This document shows positions 38,949 through 52,804 of a stretch of 64,000 nucleotides of DNA, one piece after another. The notes beneath the pieces were generated by a model. That model searched no databases. It worked only from the letters and a program-made list of their open reading frames with translations, and had not been told where the DNA came from. Source of the stretch: Puccinia triticina (Eukaryota); contig CP110439.1 in NCBI GenBank assembly GCA_026914245.1, forward strand, positions 6,138,001 to 6,202,000, read 5' to 3'. Positions within the stretch are counted from its first letter, which is position 1; every line of letters begins with the position of its first letter. A program made the position numbers and the translations under genes.

Positions 38949-41900
38949 CCCAGCCCTTTTTTCTTTGTATGCTGCACCATGATATCTACTTGAAATGCAA
39001 AAAAAAGCCATTGTTCTCTTTTTTTTCTCTATCTTGTCCCCCTGGCTTTATACCCAGGTATCCGGTCGGATACCGGGTTTCTGAAAGTGCATCCACGACC
39101 CGACACAACCCGGTATCCGGTTGGGTACCACCGGATCATCAGGGTCCGGATTACAACCTTAATCATGAAGCATTCCAGGACCCAAAACCCCTGATAAATG
39201 ACCGTAACCTAAAATCCAGAATTTTGATGAAATTCATACATTTTTTGACCTCATTCATACACGTTTTGTGCTTACGCCTTGAGGATTTCCCAAATTTTCA
39301 TACATTTTCCATGCCTACCATTCCTGCCGAGGGGGGGGAGGGGTACAAAAAAAAACCTGGGTGTGCTGCCAAGGTGGGGCACTGGGGTACCAAAAATAAG
39401 CCAAGCTGTGCTGCTGAGGGTGGGAGGGCTACGGGTTTTTCTGGTGCACTCGCAGGAATTTCATACATCTTGGTTACTACCCTCTTGTACCCAGGAAAAA
39501 TTTCATACACTTGAAGTGCTTACCATTGAGGCCTAAAAAGCCCATTGATACCATTTTTGTGCCTACTATTTTGGGTTTTTGCCACAAAATTCATACCTTT
39601 TTGCTATGGTCATTTACAGGGGGTTTCCTGAGGTTTCCTGGGTCCTACACTAAAGAAGGCACCAAGTACCCGTTGGCGGGTACTTGGCACCCGCCGGCGG
39701 GTACTCGCCAGCATTTGGCGAGTACCCGTTGGCGGGTGCAGGCCGCGGGTGCGGGTGTCCAGATTTGGGGGTGAAAAACAGGCGGGTACCCGCGCCAAGT
39801 ACCCGCCAGAATACAGTTGTACTGGCGGATTGCACGTAATCCACCAGTAAAACAGTCAACTGCGGTTCTGCGAGTTAAGTTCACACCCGCGTGAGGCCAC
39901 ATGCTGCCAGGGCGATCTCAACTCCAACCGGACCCAAACAATATCCATTGGCCGGCTCAATGGCACATAACCAGAAAAGCAGGAAGCGCCGTCAAGCACC
40001 TGGATCCCCTAGCTCCTCCATCCCCAGTAGTACCCCAGCCAAATCAACCCGACATCCTTGACGGAGAATAGTGAATGTCATTGATGACTCCGATGTAAAA
40101 GAACCCGAGAATCAAGAAAGCACTCAAACTCCTAGGTCCCAGGAGCTGACCAATGAGCAAGAGCTTCGTAAGTGACTCAGCTATTAATTTCACAATTGAT
40201 CTAAAATGTCATGCCAACCATCCTGTTTTTATTTCCTGTAGGAAAGGCAATCCAGGTGCACAAAAATCAGCTCAGCGCTTGCTATGCCGCCTATCACCCT
40301 CCAAAACTCTCCAATCAGTTGGATAAACACGGCCGCAAGATGATAGCTTACTTGTGTTGAACGTGAGTAATTTTCTTGTTTATGTAGTTTCCTTCCGGTC
40401 CTTGCTGGATTGCCTGACTTTCCCCTTTTTTATTTCAGATGTGGCAGTAGTATCAACCAACCAACATACAACACTTCCCCTAGCAATCTCTCCAAGCACG
40501 TGGCTAGTTGCACTAAGAAAACCCACGACTCCAAAGCTCAAACATTAACATCTATGGGGATATCTGGCAGTAATAATGTTGATGCTTGGGATGTGAGTGC
40601 CTTATCTTTGATTCCCAAGAGAAATCTAGGACTGACCTCTAGACTGTACCAGGTACCTCAGCTGTGTGCAGTTTGGTGTGCTGAAGGTGCCCGACCTTTC
40701 TCAGCTCTTGGGGAGCAGGCGCACCAAGTCATCTTGCACCCAACTTTTGTGCAAAATTTACCCAGCAAAAAGGCTGTATTGAACAACATTGCCCACTTAT
40801 ATACGGCCGTGCAGGACTCCATTATTCAATCCCTTAAGGTTTGATTTCCCTCTTTTTCAATTAATGAACAATCAGCTGATTTGTCTTTCTAGGCTCACAC
40901 TGGGGCAATGTACTTGGGTCTTGACACTTGGCAGTCCCCGAATGGATTTGACGTATTGGGGACGGTGATATACCGCATGGTAGAAGATGAAGCGATTGGA
41001 TTCCACTTGGAGGCCATGCCACTTGATTTTGTCAGGTTAAAACAAAGCCATACGGGTGTTTATCTGGCCGAAACGGTCCAGCTAATTGTTGATAAGTTTG
41101 GCTTGAGGGACAAAGCAAGCACCTTTTCTGAGTTTTCCCGTGCAATATTTCTCCATTTTGCTAATTCCTCACTATCTTATCCCATAATTCCTCACTATCT
41201 TATCCCATAGATATGCGGTATTGTTACTGACAACGCATCAAACAACCAAACAATGATTGAGGAGACTGCAAGATTCAGATGGCCTCGCTTCAAGGGTGAA
41301 CCACAATGGATCCAATGCTTCGCACACATTCTCAATTTAATCGTTCAGGTGATATTGCAGCCATTTGGAAGCCAAAAGAAAAAACGTATTAGCTCAGCTC
41401 ACAAAGATGAAGACAATTCTGGCAACAATCTTTTGGATCCAGACAACCCGGAGGATCCAGATGACCAGATTCAGCTGTATGTTTCTTTTTTCCTGTCTTG
41501 TCGCCTCCCTCAATTGGTTGATCACTGAAGATTATCTAAATTTACCCAGTATGGTCAAAGACACAGGCAATACTGAAGACGAAGAGGAGGCTGAAGAAAC
41601 AGATCTTCTGGCAGCCAAGGTCATTGACAATGAAGAGATTGAACTCAAAAGCAATGATGTTAATGAGTTAAGTGACGAGGATGATGATGATCGATATACA
41701 TCTGATGCTTGCAAACAGACACTGGCTAGGGTAAGCCGAGCTCATCACCCTTGGTATCAACAATCATGTCATATTTACTGAATTCATTTCCATACTGAAA
41801 ATAGTTCCGAGCAATCTCCCGCAAGCTTAATAAGTTGCCGAACTCAAAGGCACTGTTTGTTGAGCTATGCAGGGATCACAATTGTGGAACACCACACAAT

Positions 41901-44900
41901 ATCAAACAAGATGTCAGAACCAGATGGAACTCGACTTTGGCCCAGTTGGCCAGTATCTTGAGATGCTCGGCAGCAGTGTGAGTCCATTCTCTTACTAAAA
42001 CCATTAGTCAGGAATACAACTGATATATTCTTTCTATTGCAGTCTTGAGTGGCAAACCGATCAACGACACGGCCTCTCCTGAGAACATCAGATCAACCAG
42101 GACGATCTTGACTTGGCAAGCGACCTTGTTGAAGTTCTTCAACCCTTCTCTGAAATGACGCTACAAGTCTCGATTCCCGGTGGTGCTTGAATAGCAGACA
42201 TAGTTGTGTTTATCGACCAGATCACAAGCCACCTTTCAACAGCCATTTCCAAAAAGAAAGCGCAGTATCCCCCGGCTTTGAGAAATGCCTGTCGTGCAGG
42301 ACTCCAGCTCACAAACAAGTACTATACTCTTACGGACTGCTCACCATTGTACCAAGTTGCCATGTGTGAGTTCTAACTTCTTGTCTCTAATCCCTTTTAT
42401 TTCATACATACTCAGCTGACTGACAAGATTTGAATTATTCAGTTCTTCATCCATCCTTCAAGGATGAGTATTTCAAACTCGCTAACTGGCAACCTGAATG
42501 GATTCAAGAAGCAATCAGACTCACCCGCGAGATGTGGGAAAGCAAGTACAAACCTCCACCTCACCCAACCACCACCCAGCAACCAAATACTGGCCCAAAA
42601 GTGAGCAAATGTCTGACAAGGATTGCCGCATCCATCATCATCCATACTAATCTGCTACACAAAAGCCTCAGGCAGGTATCCTGGCAGGTTTAATGGGTGC
42701 TTCAGAGGCACGCGGAGCAAGTACCACCACAGATCCACTGACCATGTGGCTTTTGGGAGGATTGGTGCTGAACAAAGATGTGCAGCCGGTCGACCCCCTC
42801 AAATGGTGGATGCAGCAACGACGTGCTGGCAATTCTCATGGGGGCCTTCTCCAGATGGCATTAGATGTGCTAAGTTGTCCGGGTGGGCACTCTTAATACT
42901 ACCAAGATGGATGAATTTGCGATGTCGTATATTGATCAATATAGCGTATATTGATCAATTTATGTTGATCAATTTTTTTTTTATTCCTATTGATACCTTT
43001 GTCTGTGTTCCATGTCTCCTTAAGACTCTTCCCCCCTGTGTTAGCTTCAAGCCGCAGGAATCTTTTTTTTTTTTTTCTTTTTTGATAAAATTCATGAATT
43101 TCTACATACACCATTCAATTCTTCCTGAAAATGCAAGTTTTAGGATTGATCCAGGGTAGCTGAGGGGTCTTGATTTTTTTTTCTTTTTTTTACATCAAAA
43201 ATTGATGTTATCAGAAGTCTCCAAATCTACTTTTTTTCAAAAAAGGAAAAACATTGACCCCTGACCTCTCTCATGATACCATCCTGCACTCATTCTTCAC
43301 TTGGTTGGTTGAACTTCCTGAAGATATTGCATATCATATTGGGAGTACTACATGCATAGAAGGCCTTTTTGAAATTAGTTCACCATGGTTTAGCATATTT
43401 TTGTCAGGTTCTTTTTTTATCTACTTTTGTTATCAACCACAGATTGATGAGGAATATTTCCTCAATAATTTCATTGGGAAATTTTTCTGCATATAAAACC
43501 CAGAGGTATTAAATTTGGGGTCACATCCCTTATGCAGCAGCTATAATCTGATCAGTTGCCAAGTAGCACTACTTTGGTTGTTTCTTGGTGTTTCTGCAAC
43601 TATATCTCATCCCAGCCTGGAAATTCTTCAAGAATATTGGTACCAAAATGTTTACAAGCACACAAAGTTTCATAATGTACCTTTTCTGACCACAAAATCC
43701 CCAAATGTAGCAGCTACAGTCTGATCAGTTTCCAAATATCACTACTTTGGCAGTTTCTGGGTGTTTCTGCCACTATATCTCATCCCAGCGTGGGTATTCT
43801 TCTGCCATATGGTTACCAAAATGTTGACAAGCCCCCAAAGTTTCATTATGTACCTTTGCTGACCACAAAACCCCCAAATGTAGCAGCTAAACTTTGATCA
43901 GTTTCCAAATATCACTACTTTGGCAGTTTCTGGGTGTTTCTGCCACTATATCTCATTGCATCCCAGCATGGGAATTCTTCTGCCATATGGTTACCAAAAT
44001 ATTGAGAAGCCCTCAAGGTTCCATTATGTTCCTTTACTGACCACAAAACACCCACATGTAGCAGGTACAGTCTGATCGTTTTCCTAATATCACTACTTTA
44101 GTAGTTTCTGGTTGTTTCTGTCACTATATCTCATCCCAGCGTGGGGAATCTTCTGCCAGAGTGTTACCAACATGTTCACAAGCGGAGAAATTTCCATTAT
44201 GTACCTTTACTGACCACAAAACCCCCAAATGTAGCAGCTACAGTCTGATCAGTTTCCAAATATCACTACTTTGGTAGTTTATGGGTGTTTCTGCCACTGT
44301 ATCTCATCCCAGCGTGGGAATTCTTCTGCCATATGGTTACCGAAATGTTTAAAAGCGTCCAAAAATTCATTATGTACCTTTGTTCACCACAAAACCCCCA
44401 AATGTAGCAGCTACAGTCTGATAAGTTTCCAAATATCACTACTTTGGCACTTTCTGGGTGTTTCTGCCACTATATCTCATCCCACCGTGGGTGTTCTTCT
44501 GCCATATGGTTGCCAAAATGGTGAACAAAGGTACATAATGAAACTTTGGCCGCTTGTCAACATTTTGGTAACCATATGGCAGAAGAACACCCACGCTGGG
44601 ATGAGATATAGTGGCAGAAACACCCAGAAACTGCCAAAGTAGTGATATTTGGAAACTGATCACACTGTAGCTGCTACATTTTGGGGTTTTGTGGTCAGCA
44701 AAGGTACATAATGATACTTTGGGGGCTTCTGAACATTTTGGTAACCATTTGGCAGAAGAATACCCATGGTGGGATGAGATATAGTGGCAGAAACACCCAG
44801 AAACTGCCAAAGTAGTGATATTTGGAAACCGATCAGACTGTAGTTGCTACATTCAGGGGTTTTGTGGTGAACAAAGGTATGTAATAAAATCTTGGACGCT

Positions 44901-45973
44901 TATAAACATTTTGGTAACCACATGGCAGAAGGATACGCACGCTGGGATGAGATATAGTGGCAGAAACACCCAGAAACTGCCAAAGTAGTGATATTTGGAA
45001 ACCGATCAGACTGTAGCTGCTACATTTGGGGGTTTTGTGGTCAGGAAAGATACATAATAAAATTTTGGGGGCTTGTCAACATTTTGGTAACCATATGGCA
45101 GAAGAATACCCACGCTGGGATGAGATATAGTGGCAGAAACACCCAGAAACTGCCAAAGTAGTGATATTTGGAAACTGATCAGACTGTAGCTGCTACATTT
45201 GGGGGTTTTGTGGTGAACAAAGGTACGTAATAAAATTTTGGACGCTTGTAAACATCTTGGTGCCCATATGGCAGAAGAATACCTACGGTGGGATGAGATA
45301 TAGTGGCAGAAACACCCAGAAACTACCAAAGTAGTGATATTTGGAAACTGATCAGACTGTAGCTGCTACATTTGGGGGTTTTCTGGTCAGCAAAGGTACA
45401 TATTGAAACTTTGGGGGCTTGTAAACATTTCGGTAACCATATGGCAGAAGAATACCCATAGTGGGATGAGATATAGTGGCAGAAACACCCAGAAACTGCC
45501 AAAGTAGTGATATTTGGAAACTGATCAGACTGTAGCTGCTATATTTGGGGATTTTGTGGTGATCAAAGGTACGTAAAGAAATTTTGGACTCTTTTAAACA
45601 TTTTGGTAACCATATGGTTGAAGAATACCCACGGTGGGATGAGATATAGTGGCAGAAACACCCAGACACTACCAAAGTAGTGATATTTGGAAACTGATCA
45701 GACTGTAGCTGCTACATTTGGGGGTTTTGTGGTCAGGAAAGATACATAATAAAATTTTGGGGGCTTGTCAACATTTTGGTAACCATATGGCAGAAGAATA
45801 CCCACGCTGGGATGAGATATAGTGGCAGAAACACCGCCAAAGTAGTGATATTTGGAAACTGATCAGACTGTAGCTGCTACATTTGGGGGTTTTGTGGTCA
45901 GCAAAGGTACATTTTGAAACTCTGGGGGCTTGTCAACATTTCGGTAACCATATGGCAGAAGAATACCCACACG

Positions 45974-48900
45974 CAACACTGGGCCGGTACGATTCGATAC
46001 GATATTGGCCCTATTTTCGTATCGAATCGTTCCCCGGTACCCAGATGGACCGTTACCGCCATCAGTAACGATGTTTTCTGTGGCTTGTCTCTATTGAATC
46101 GTTTTTTTTTTTTTTGGTGTGAGATTTGGCTATCGCAACGCCTCATAACGCGTCGTAACGCATAGTAACGCCGTGTAACAAGTTTTACCCCTGTACCCCT
46201 GTGTTTGACCCCTGATTTTTTGCGCTGTCAGGGGCTAGTGGCTTCTGACAATCTCTCCAGTATTGTTCAAGTCATTCACTAAATCAACGTCCCTCTCTGC
46301 TCGTCATTGCTGCTCTTTTTCATCTTGAAACAATCAAAAACAATCATGCCACCAAAAAGTCAAGCTCCCCAAGGTACCGAAGACATCAATGCTGGCCGAT
46401 ACGCGACCGACCAGTCTCAGCTCCGCCGTTCAGCCAGAGCTTCATTGGCGGCTTTGGAAACGGGTATGGTTGCAACGCCTTTGGACTCTTGGGTCAGATT
46501 AACCAAACCGGGCCAGGCGCCGGCGGCCGCTTCTTTTGAATCTGGCTCATCAAAGGCACCAAGAGCCAAGCCAAAGAAGAAAAGGATTATTGAACAAGAG
46601 TCATCGGAGCCCGAGGCGACCCCTGCTATTGTTGTAAAAAAAAAAAGTCGAAGAAGAAAAAGGCAACCAAGGGTCAGGTGTGTGTAAAAATACAAATATA
46701 TTTGTATCATATTACTATTAGAAGTATGATTCAAATGAAAACATTGCCTTTTACTTTTTGCTTTAGACAAACTCGGACGGTGAGGCGTACGACTTCAGTC
46801 AGGACACCGACAAATCGATTGAAATCCAGCCGAGGGAAGCCAAAAAAAATAAAGTAGAAAAGCAGTATGATGATCTCTTCGAGTTCTTCGAAGAGCCTTT
46901 TTGGAAGAAAGGCGATAAACCTAACACTCAAATCAATTACAAGTGCAAATGGTGCGGAGAGATCTATCGTGCGCACGCAACCTCTAGAGGCAACTTAAAA
47001 GTCCATCAAGATGGATCAACTCAGTCCAAAAAGAAAAGCCACGGCTGTGTGAACCGAGAGAAAGCTAAGAAGGCGGGTGCAAAACTACCACTCTCAGTCG
47101 CCGAACGCAACATTTCCCAAGCTAATGGCGGGGGTGATCCGAAGCAAACTGTGATCAGCGGATTTCTTCAACCCAAGACCACTTTTGTCAATCGGGTTCT
47201 CAACCAATTGATCATGATGTGGCAGATCCAACAGGCCCTGCCCTGGTCACGGATTGAAGATCCTTCACTCCATGCGGCTTTTCAGTACTCCAATCCCAAG
47301 GCTATTCTCTACGGTCGCAAGTGGTCGGCCCAGGAGTCAAAGAAGCTGTACTCAATGCTCAAGAAAAATGTCTTTGATGAGTTAAATGTACGCTTCTATT
47401 ACCCTGTTGTTTCTGTTTTATATACACTGACATTTTACATTTATGAAGAACCTGGACACCAAGTTCACCCTAATCCATGATGTATGGACGACAAAGGGTA
47501 ACAGATTTGCTTTTATTGGGGCCGCGGTGGCTTTCATCAACTCGGATTGGGTGTATACGGTCCGACACTTGACTCTTAAAATGATACCTTGGAAACATCT
47601 TGGTCATTTACTCGCGCGACCTATTGCGAGCCTCCTCACTAAGAAGAAGTTGTTTCACAAGATGCTCGCACAGACGACGGACTCTGGCTCAAACAACAAG
47701 ACCATGGCCCATGAAATGTACAGTTTGCTTTACTCCAACGAGCCACCCAACACGGACTCGTGGGATCCAATGACTATGCATGTTTGGTGCTTCTGTCATA
47801 AGCTGGCCTTAATTGTCAACGCCGGCCTTGAATCCTTATCACTTAAGATTCTTCCTCCGGGAAAGACAAAGGAATCGGTCCTAGGATTTTTTCCAGTTCT
47901 TGGAAGAATCACTGAGGAGGATGAAGAACCCCCGGTTGGAAAGAATGGTTCGGCAACTCCTGCAGTTCCAACGGCAAATGCAGCCCCCCTCGATGATGAT
48001 TGCACTTCGGAAAGTGATTACGGCAATGCGGATGACGAGCTCTCAGACACTGATACCGGCGAGGATTCCAATCCTCCTTCCCCAGTAGAAGATTCCGAAA
48101 AGCACCAAAATACGACCAAGCTTCAAGTGCTCATCACAAAGCTTGATACAGTGATTAAACAGATCACCCGATCTGCTGCGCAGCGAGCCAGATTCAACCG
48201 CACGGCTGAACGTTTGGGCTTGAAGGTAGCCCCATTGATCGCCGGTTACGGCATTCGATGGAACATAAGATACCAAAGCCACCGTAAAGCGATCGAGGCA
48301 AGAGAGGTCATCGATCAACTTCTCAAAGAAGATCAACAGCAGAACGAACCAGGAATTTTCAATGATGTTCTATTTACCCCTCAAGATTGGAAAGAGATCA
48401 ATAACTTGAACCGCGAGCTTGAGGTATGTGTATTTACTATTTAATAGCCAATGTGGTGTAGCCTGTCATACCGACATTGACCAAACAAAAATCACTAGGT
48501 TTTTGTCCAACTCACCTCCGAAATGGAAGGGAATCACGCCACCGGTGCACATGTGATCCCTAAGTATCTGGAGCTTAAGGATCAGATCTCTGCAAAGCTC
48601 GACCGGTCAGAAGAAAGTGACACATTGTATCCAATGTACTACTCGATGCTGAAGCGCGTCGAGAGGTACCTGGCTGAAGCGATGCAGTGTGAGACACTCA
48701 TACTAGCCACCATTCTCCATCCATGCTACCGGATGGATATATTCGAGCTTGTTTTTGGATCCGAAAGTAAGGAGGTCCAGTGCTTGGAACTGCTCAATCG
48801 CCGATTCTTGGAATACAAGAACAAGCCGTCCACCTCAACATTGGACGCTCCCGAACCAGATATAACTGTCATAGGGGAACTCCCGGAGGCTGAGCCAGAC

Positions 48901-49572
48901 TCTCTCATGGCTCGGCTGGCTTCCCGCATGACTCAGAAGCCCTCGACTCCGCACAAAAACAAAGTTGAAACCTTCCTCAAAGCCCAGCTTGTTTTCAATG
49001 GTAAAGAAATCAAGGACAAATCGACAGCCCTGAAGTGGTGGAAAGACAACTGTGCAACCTATCCCTCACTCTCGCGGATGGCACGAGCGTACCTCGGTTG
49101 CTCTGGGAGCTCATGCGCGGTGGAGCGCTTATTCTCTGCAGCTTCTGATGTCTGCAGCAGTAGGCGAGGTGGCTTGCTTCCATCAACAATGTCTTGCTGC
49201 GTCAGCAGCTTGATGTGGTTGCGGGAGCAGGTGCCCCTCACCGGCGATTTTGAGGAGGCGGGCAATGCTTTGGCAGCTCTGGTGCCTGGGCCCAAGCAGA
49301 ACACCGGCGCTTGACCAATCAAAATTAAATTACTTGTTATCATCTTTTGTCCCGTTACCAATAACGAGTAACGGTACCCTTTCCTACTATCGTAACGAAA
49401 AAAAATTGTTCTGGTGTGCAGAAAAAAAGCGTATCGCTGCCTTTCTTTTTTTTGGAGAAATCCGCACTAACGGTAGCGCGCTGCCGTTACTGGTAACGGC
49501 AACGGTAACGCATAAAAAATCGTTACGTTACCGTTACGATACCATTACCGGCATCGTACCGGCCCAGTGTTG
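45974..49572 (+). mobile_element. hAT transposon 3 with 7-bp TSD (hATw-like)
   Basis: Perfect 20-bp TIR CAACACTGGGCCGGTACGAT. TSD CCACACG (45967-45973, 49573-49579). GTAACG/CGTTAC subterminal repeats. Confidence 0.93.
46346..49314 (+). CDS. hAT transposase, 4 exons, near-intact (one apparent homopolymer frameshift)
   Basis: YKCKWC..NLKVH zinc finger, IHDVWTT, TTDSGSNN, CFCH, RWN, MEGN and SSCAVERLFS. Introns 2 and 3 splice in phase. Exon 1 needs one extra A in the A11 run at ~46636-46646. Confidence 0.8.
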
Positions 49573-51522
49573 CCACACGGATGAGATATAGTGGCAGAAA
49601 CACCCAGAAAATGCCAAAGTAGTGATATTTGGAAACTGATCAGACTGTAGCTGCTACATTTGGGGGTTTTGTGGTCAGCAAAGGTACATAATGAAACTTT
49701 GGGGGCTTTTAAACATTTTGGTAACCATATGGCAGAAGGATTCCCACGCTGGGATGAGATATAGTGGCAGAAACACCCAGAAACTACCAAAGTAGTGATA
49801 TTTCAAAACTGATCAGACTGTAGCTGCTACATTTGGGGTTTTGTGGTCAGCAAAGGCACAAAATAGACCTTTGGGGGCTTGTAAACATTTTGGGAACCAT
49901 ATGGCAGAAGGATACCCACGCTGGGATGAGATATAGTGGCAGAAACACCCAGAAACTGCCAAAGTAGTGATATTTGGAAACCGATCAGACTGTAGCTGCT
50001 ACATTTGGGGGTTTTGTGGTCAGCAAAGGTACATTTTGAAACTTTGGGGGCTTGTAAACATTTCGGTAACCATATGGCAGAAGAATACCCACGCTGGGAT
50101 GAGATATAGTGGCAGAAACACCCAGAAACTGCCGAAGTAGTGATATTTGGAAACCGATCAGACTGTAGCTGCTACATTTGGGGTTTTGTGGTCAGCAAAG
50201 GCACAAAATAGACCTTTGGGGGCTTGTAAACATTTTGGGAACCATATGGCAGAAGGATACCCACGCTGGGATGAGATATAGCGGCAGAAACACCCAGAAG
50301 CTACCAAAGTAGTGATATTTGGAAACTGATCAGACTGTAGCTGCTACATTTGGGGGTTTTGTGGTGAACAAAGGTATGTAATGGAAACCTGGAAGCTTGT
50401 GTACATTTTGGTAACCATATGGCAGAAGGATACCTACGCTGGGATGAGATATGGTGGCAGAAACACCCAGAAACTGCCAAAGTAGTGATATTTGGAAACT
50501 GATCAGACTGTAGCTGCTATATTTGGGGTTTTTGTGGTGAACAAAGGTACGTAATGAAATTTTGGACTCTTGTCAACATTTTGGTAACCATATGGCAGAA
50601 GAATTCCCACGCTGGGATGTGATACAGTGGCAGAAACACCCAGAAACTAACAAAGTAGTGATATTTGGAAACTGATCAGACTGTACCTGCTACATTTGGG
50701 GGTTTTGTGGTCAGCAAAGGTACATAATGAAACTTTGGGGGCTTGTAAACATTTTGGTAACCATATGGCAGAAGAATACCCACGGTGGGATGAGATATAG
50801 CGGCAGAAACACCCAGAAGCTACCAAAGCAGTGATATTTTGAAACTGATCAGACTGTAGCTGCTACATTTGGGGGTTTTGTGGTCGACAAAGGTATGTAA
50901 TGAAATTTTGGAGGCTTTTAAACATTTTGGTAACCATATGGCAGAAGGATACCCACGCTGGGATGGGATATAGTGGCAGAAACACCCAGAAACTGCCAAA
51001 GTAGTGATATTTGGAAACTGATCAGAGTGTAGTTGCTACATTTGGGGGGTTTGTGGTAAACAAAGGTACGTCATGAAATTTTGGATGCTTGTAAACATTT
51101 TGTGAACCATATGGCAGAAGGATACGCACGCTGGGATGAGATATAGTGGCAGAAACACCCAGAAACTGCCAAAGTAGTGATATTTGGAAACTGATCAGAC
51201 TGTAGCTGCTACATTTGGGGATTTTGTGGTCAGCAAAGGTACGTGATGAAACTTTGGGGGCTTGTAAACATTTTGGTAACCATATGGCAGAAGAATACCC
51301 ACGGTGGGATGAGATATAGTGGCAGAAACACCCAGAAGCTACCAAAGTAGTGATATTTGGAAACTGATCAGACTGTAGCTGCTACATTTGGGGGTTTTGT
51401 GGTGGACAAAGGTATGTAATGAAATTTGGACGCTTTTAAACATTTTGGTAAACATATGGCAGAAGGATACCCACGCTGGGATGGGATATAGTGGCAGAAA
51501 CACCCAGAAACTGCCAAAGTAG

Positions 51523-52804
51523 CACCAGGAAAAAAAAATAGTCACTTGATGACAAGTGACATCATGCCAGCTCCAGCGGGCTACCCACCATCTGTCCACC
51601 ATCTACCCATCATCTACCCACCATCTACCCACCATCTAACCACTTCAAAAATTTCCACAGGAGATCCTCAGTTTTTTCTGGGCACCACTAATCCCCATTT
51701 CTGGTCAGCTGATACTCAGCTTTAGCTCCCAGCTTATGCTCAGCTTTGGTGCCCAGCTCATGCTCATCTTTGTTGCCCAGATCAGAACCAGTCCTGGCCC
51801 AGCTTATTTCCAGCTTTATTCCAGTCATGGCTCATCTTAGACTCAGATTAGGACTATCATTGGCCCAGCAAATGCTCAGCTTTGGACCAGTATTAGCTCA
51901 GCTGATTTTCAGCTTTGGATAAATCTCGGCCCAGCCAATGCTCAGATTCTGAGTCTGACCACTCCTGTAACAGCTTATGCTCATCTGTGGACCAGCCTTG
52001 GCTCAGCTGATGCTCAGCTGTGGACCAAACTTGGCTAAGACAATGCTCAGCTGTGGACCAGCCTTGGCTCAGCTGATGCTCAGCTGTGGACCAGCCTTGG
52101 CTCAGCTGATGCTCAGCTGTGGACCAGCCTTGGCTCAGCTGATGCTCAGCTGTGGACCAGCCTTGGCTCAGCTGATGCTCAGCTGTGGACCAGCCTTGGC
52201 TCAGCTGATGATCAGCTGTGGAACAGCCTTGGCTCAGGTGATATTAATCTTTTGAATATTCTCAAAAATCTGATACTCAGCTTTGGAACAGCCTTGGCTC
52301 AGCCAATGCTCAGCTTTGTACCAGCATTGGCTCAGCCGATGCTCAGCTTTGGAAAAATTTTGTCCCAGCTGGTGTTAATCTTTGGAACAGTATTGTCCCA
52401 GCTGATCCTAAGCTCTGCACAAGCCTTTTACAAGATGATGCTCAGCTTTGGACCATTGTTGGCTAAGCTGATGCTCAGATTTGGAATATTCTTGATCCAG
52501 CTGACACTTGGATTTGTTTCAGGCTTGGAATATCAAATGCTCAGCTGTGGCCCAGGCTCAGCCAATGCTCAGATTTGGCCCAGGCTCAGTCAATGCCTAC
52601 TGCTCAGCTTATGATGAGCATCAGCTGTTCCTGGGAAAAAATTAGGATCAGCTGACTGTGCCACATTGAGTGCTCTGGTGCAGTCCTGCAAGCTCTACAA
52701 GTGCTGGAGGAGCAGACTTGGAGCAGCGCTGGAGTAGCTCTGGAGCAGAAACCAAAGCTGCATCATGTCACTTGCCATCAAGTGACTATTTTTCTTTCCT
52801 GGTG
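51523..52804. mobile_element. CACCA element with 33-bp repeats, copy 2, inside the satellite
   Basis: Same TIRs and body as 30140-31400. TSD TAG (51520-51522, 52805-52807). The satellite unit resumes across the site. Confidence 0.93.

Larger units (their letters stand above)
36133..39161 (+). mobile_element. hAT transposon 1, inserted ~250 bp upstream of the FMO gene
   Basis: TIRs TAAGGTTGCGATCCGG and CCGGATTACAACCTTA. 8-bp TSD ATCATGTA / ATCATGAA (36125-36132, 39162-39169). CCGG-rich subterminal repeats. Confidence 0.93.
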
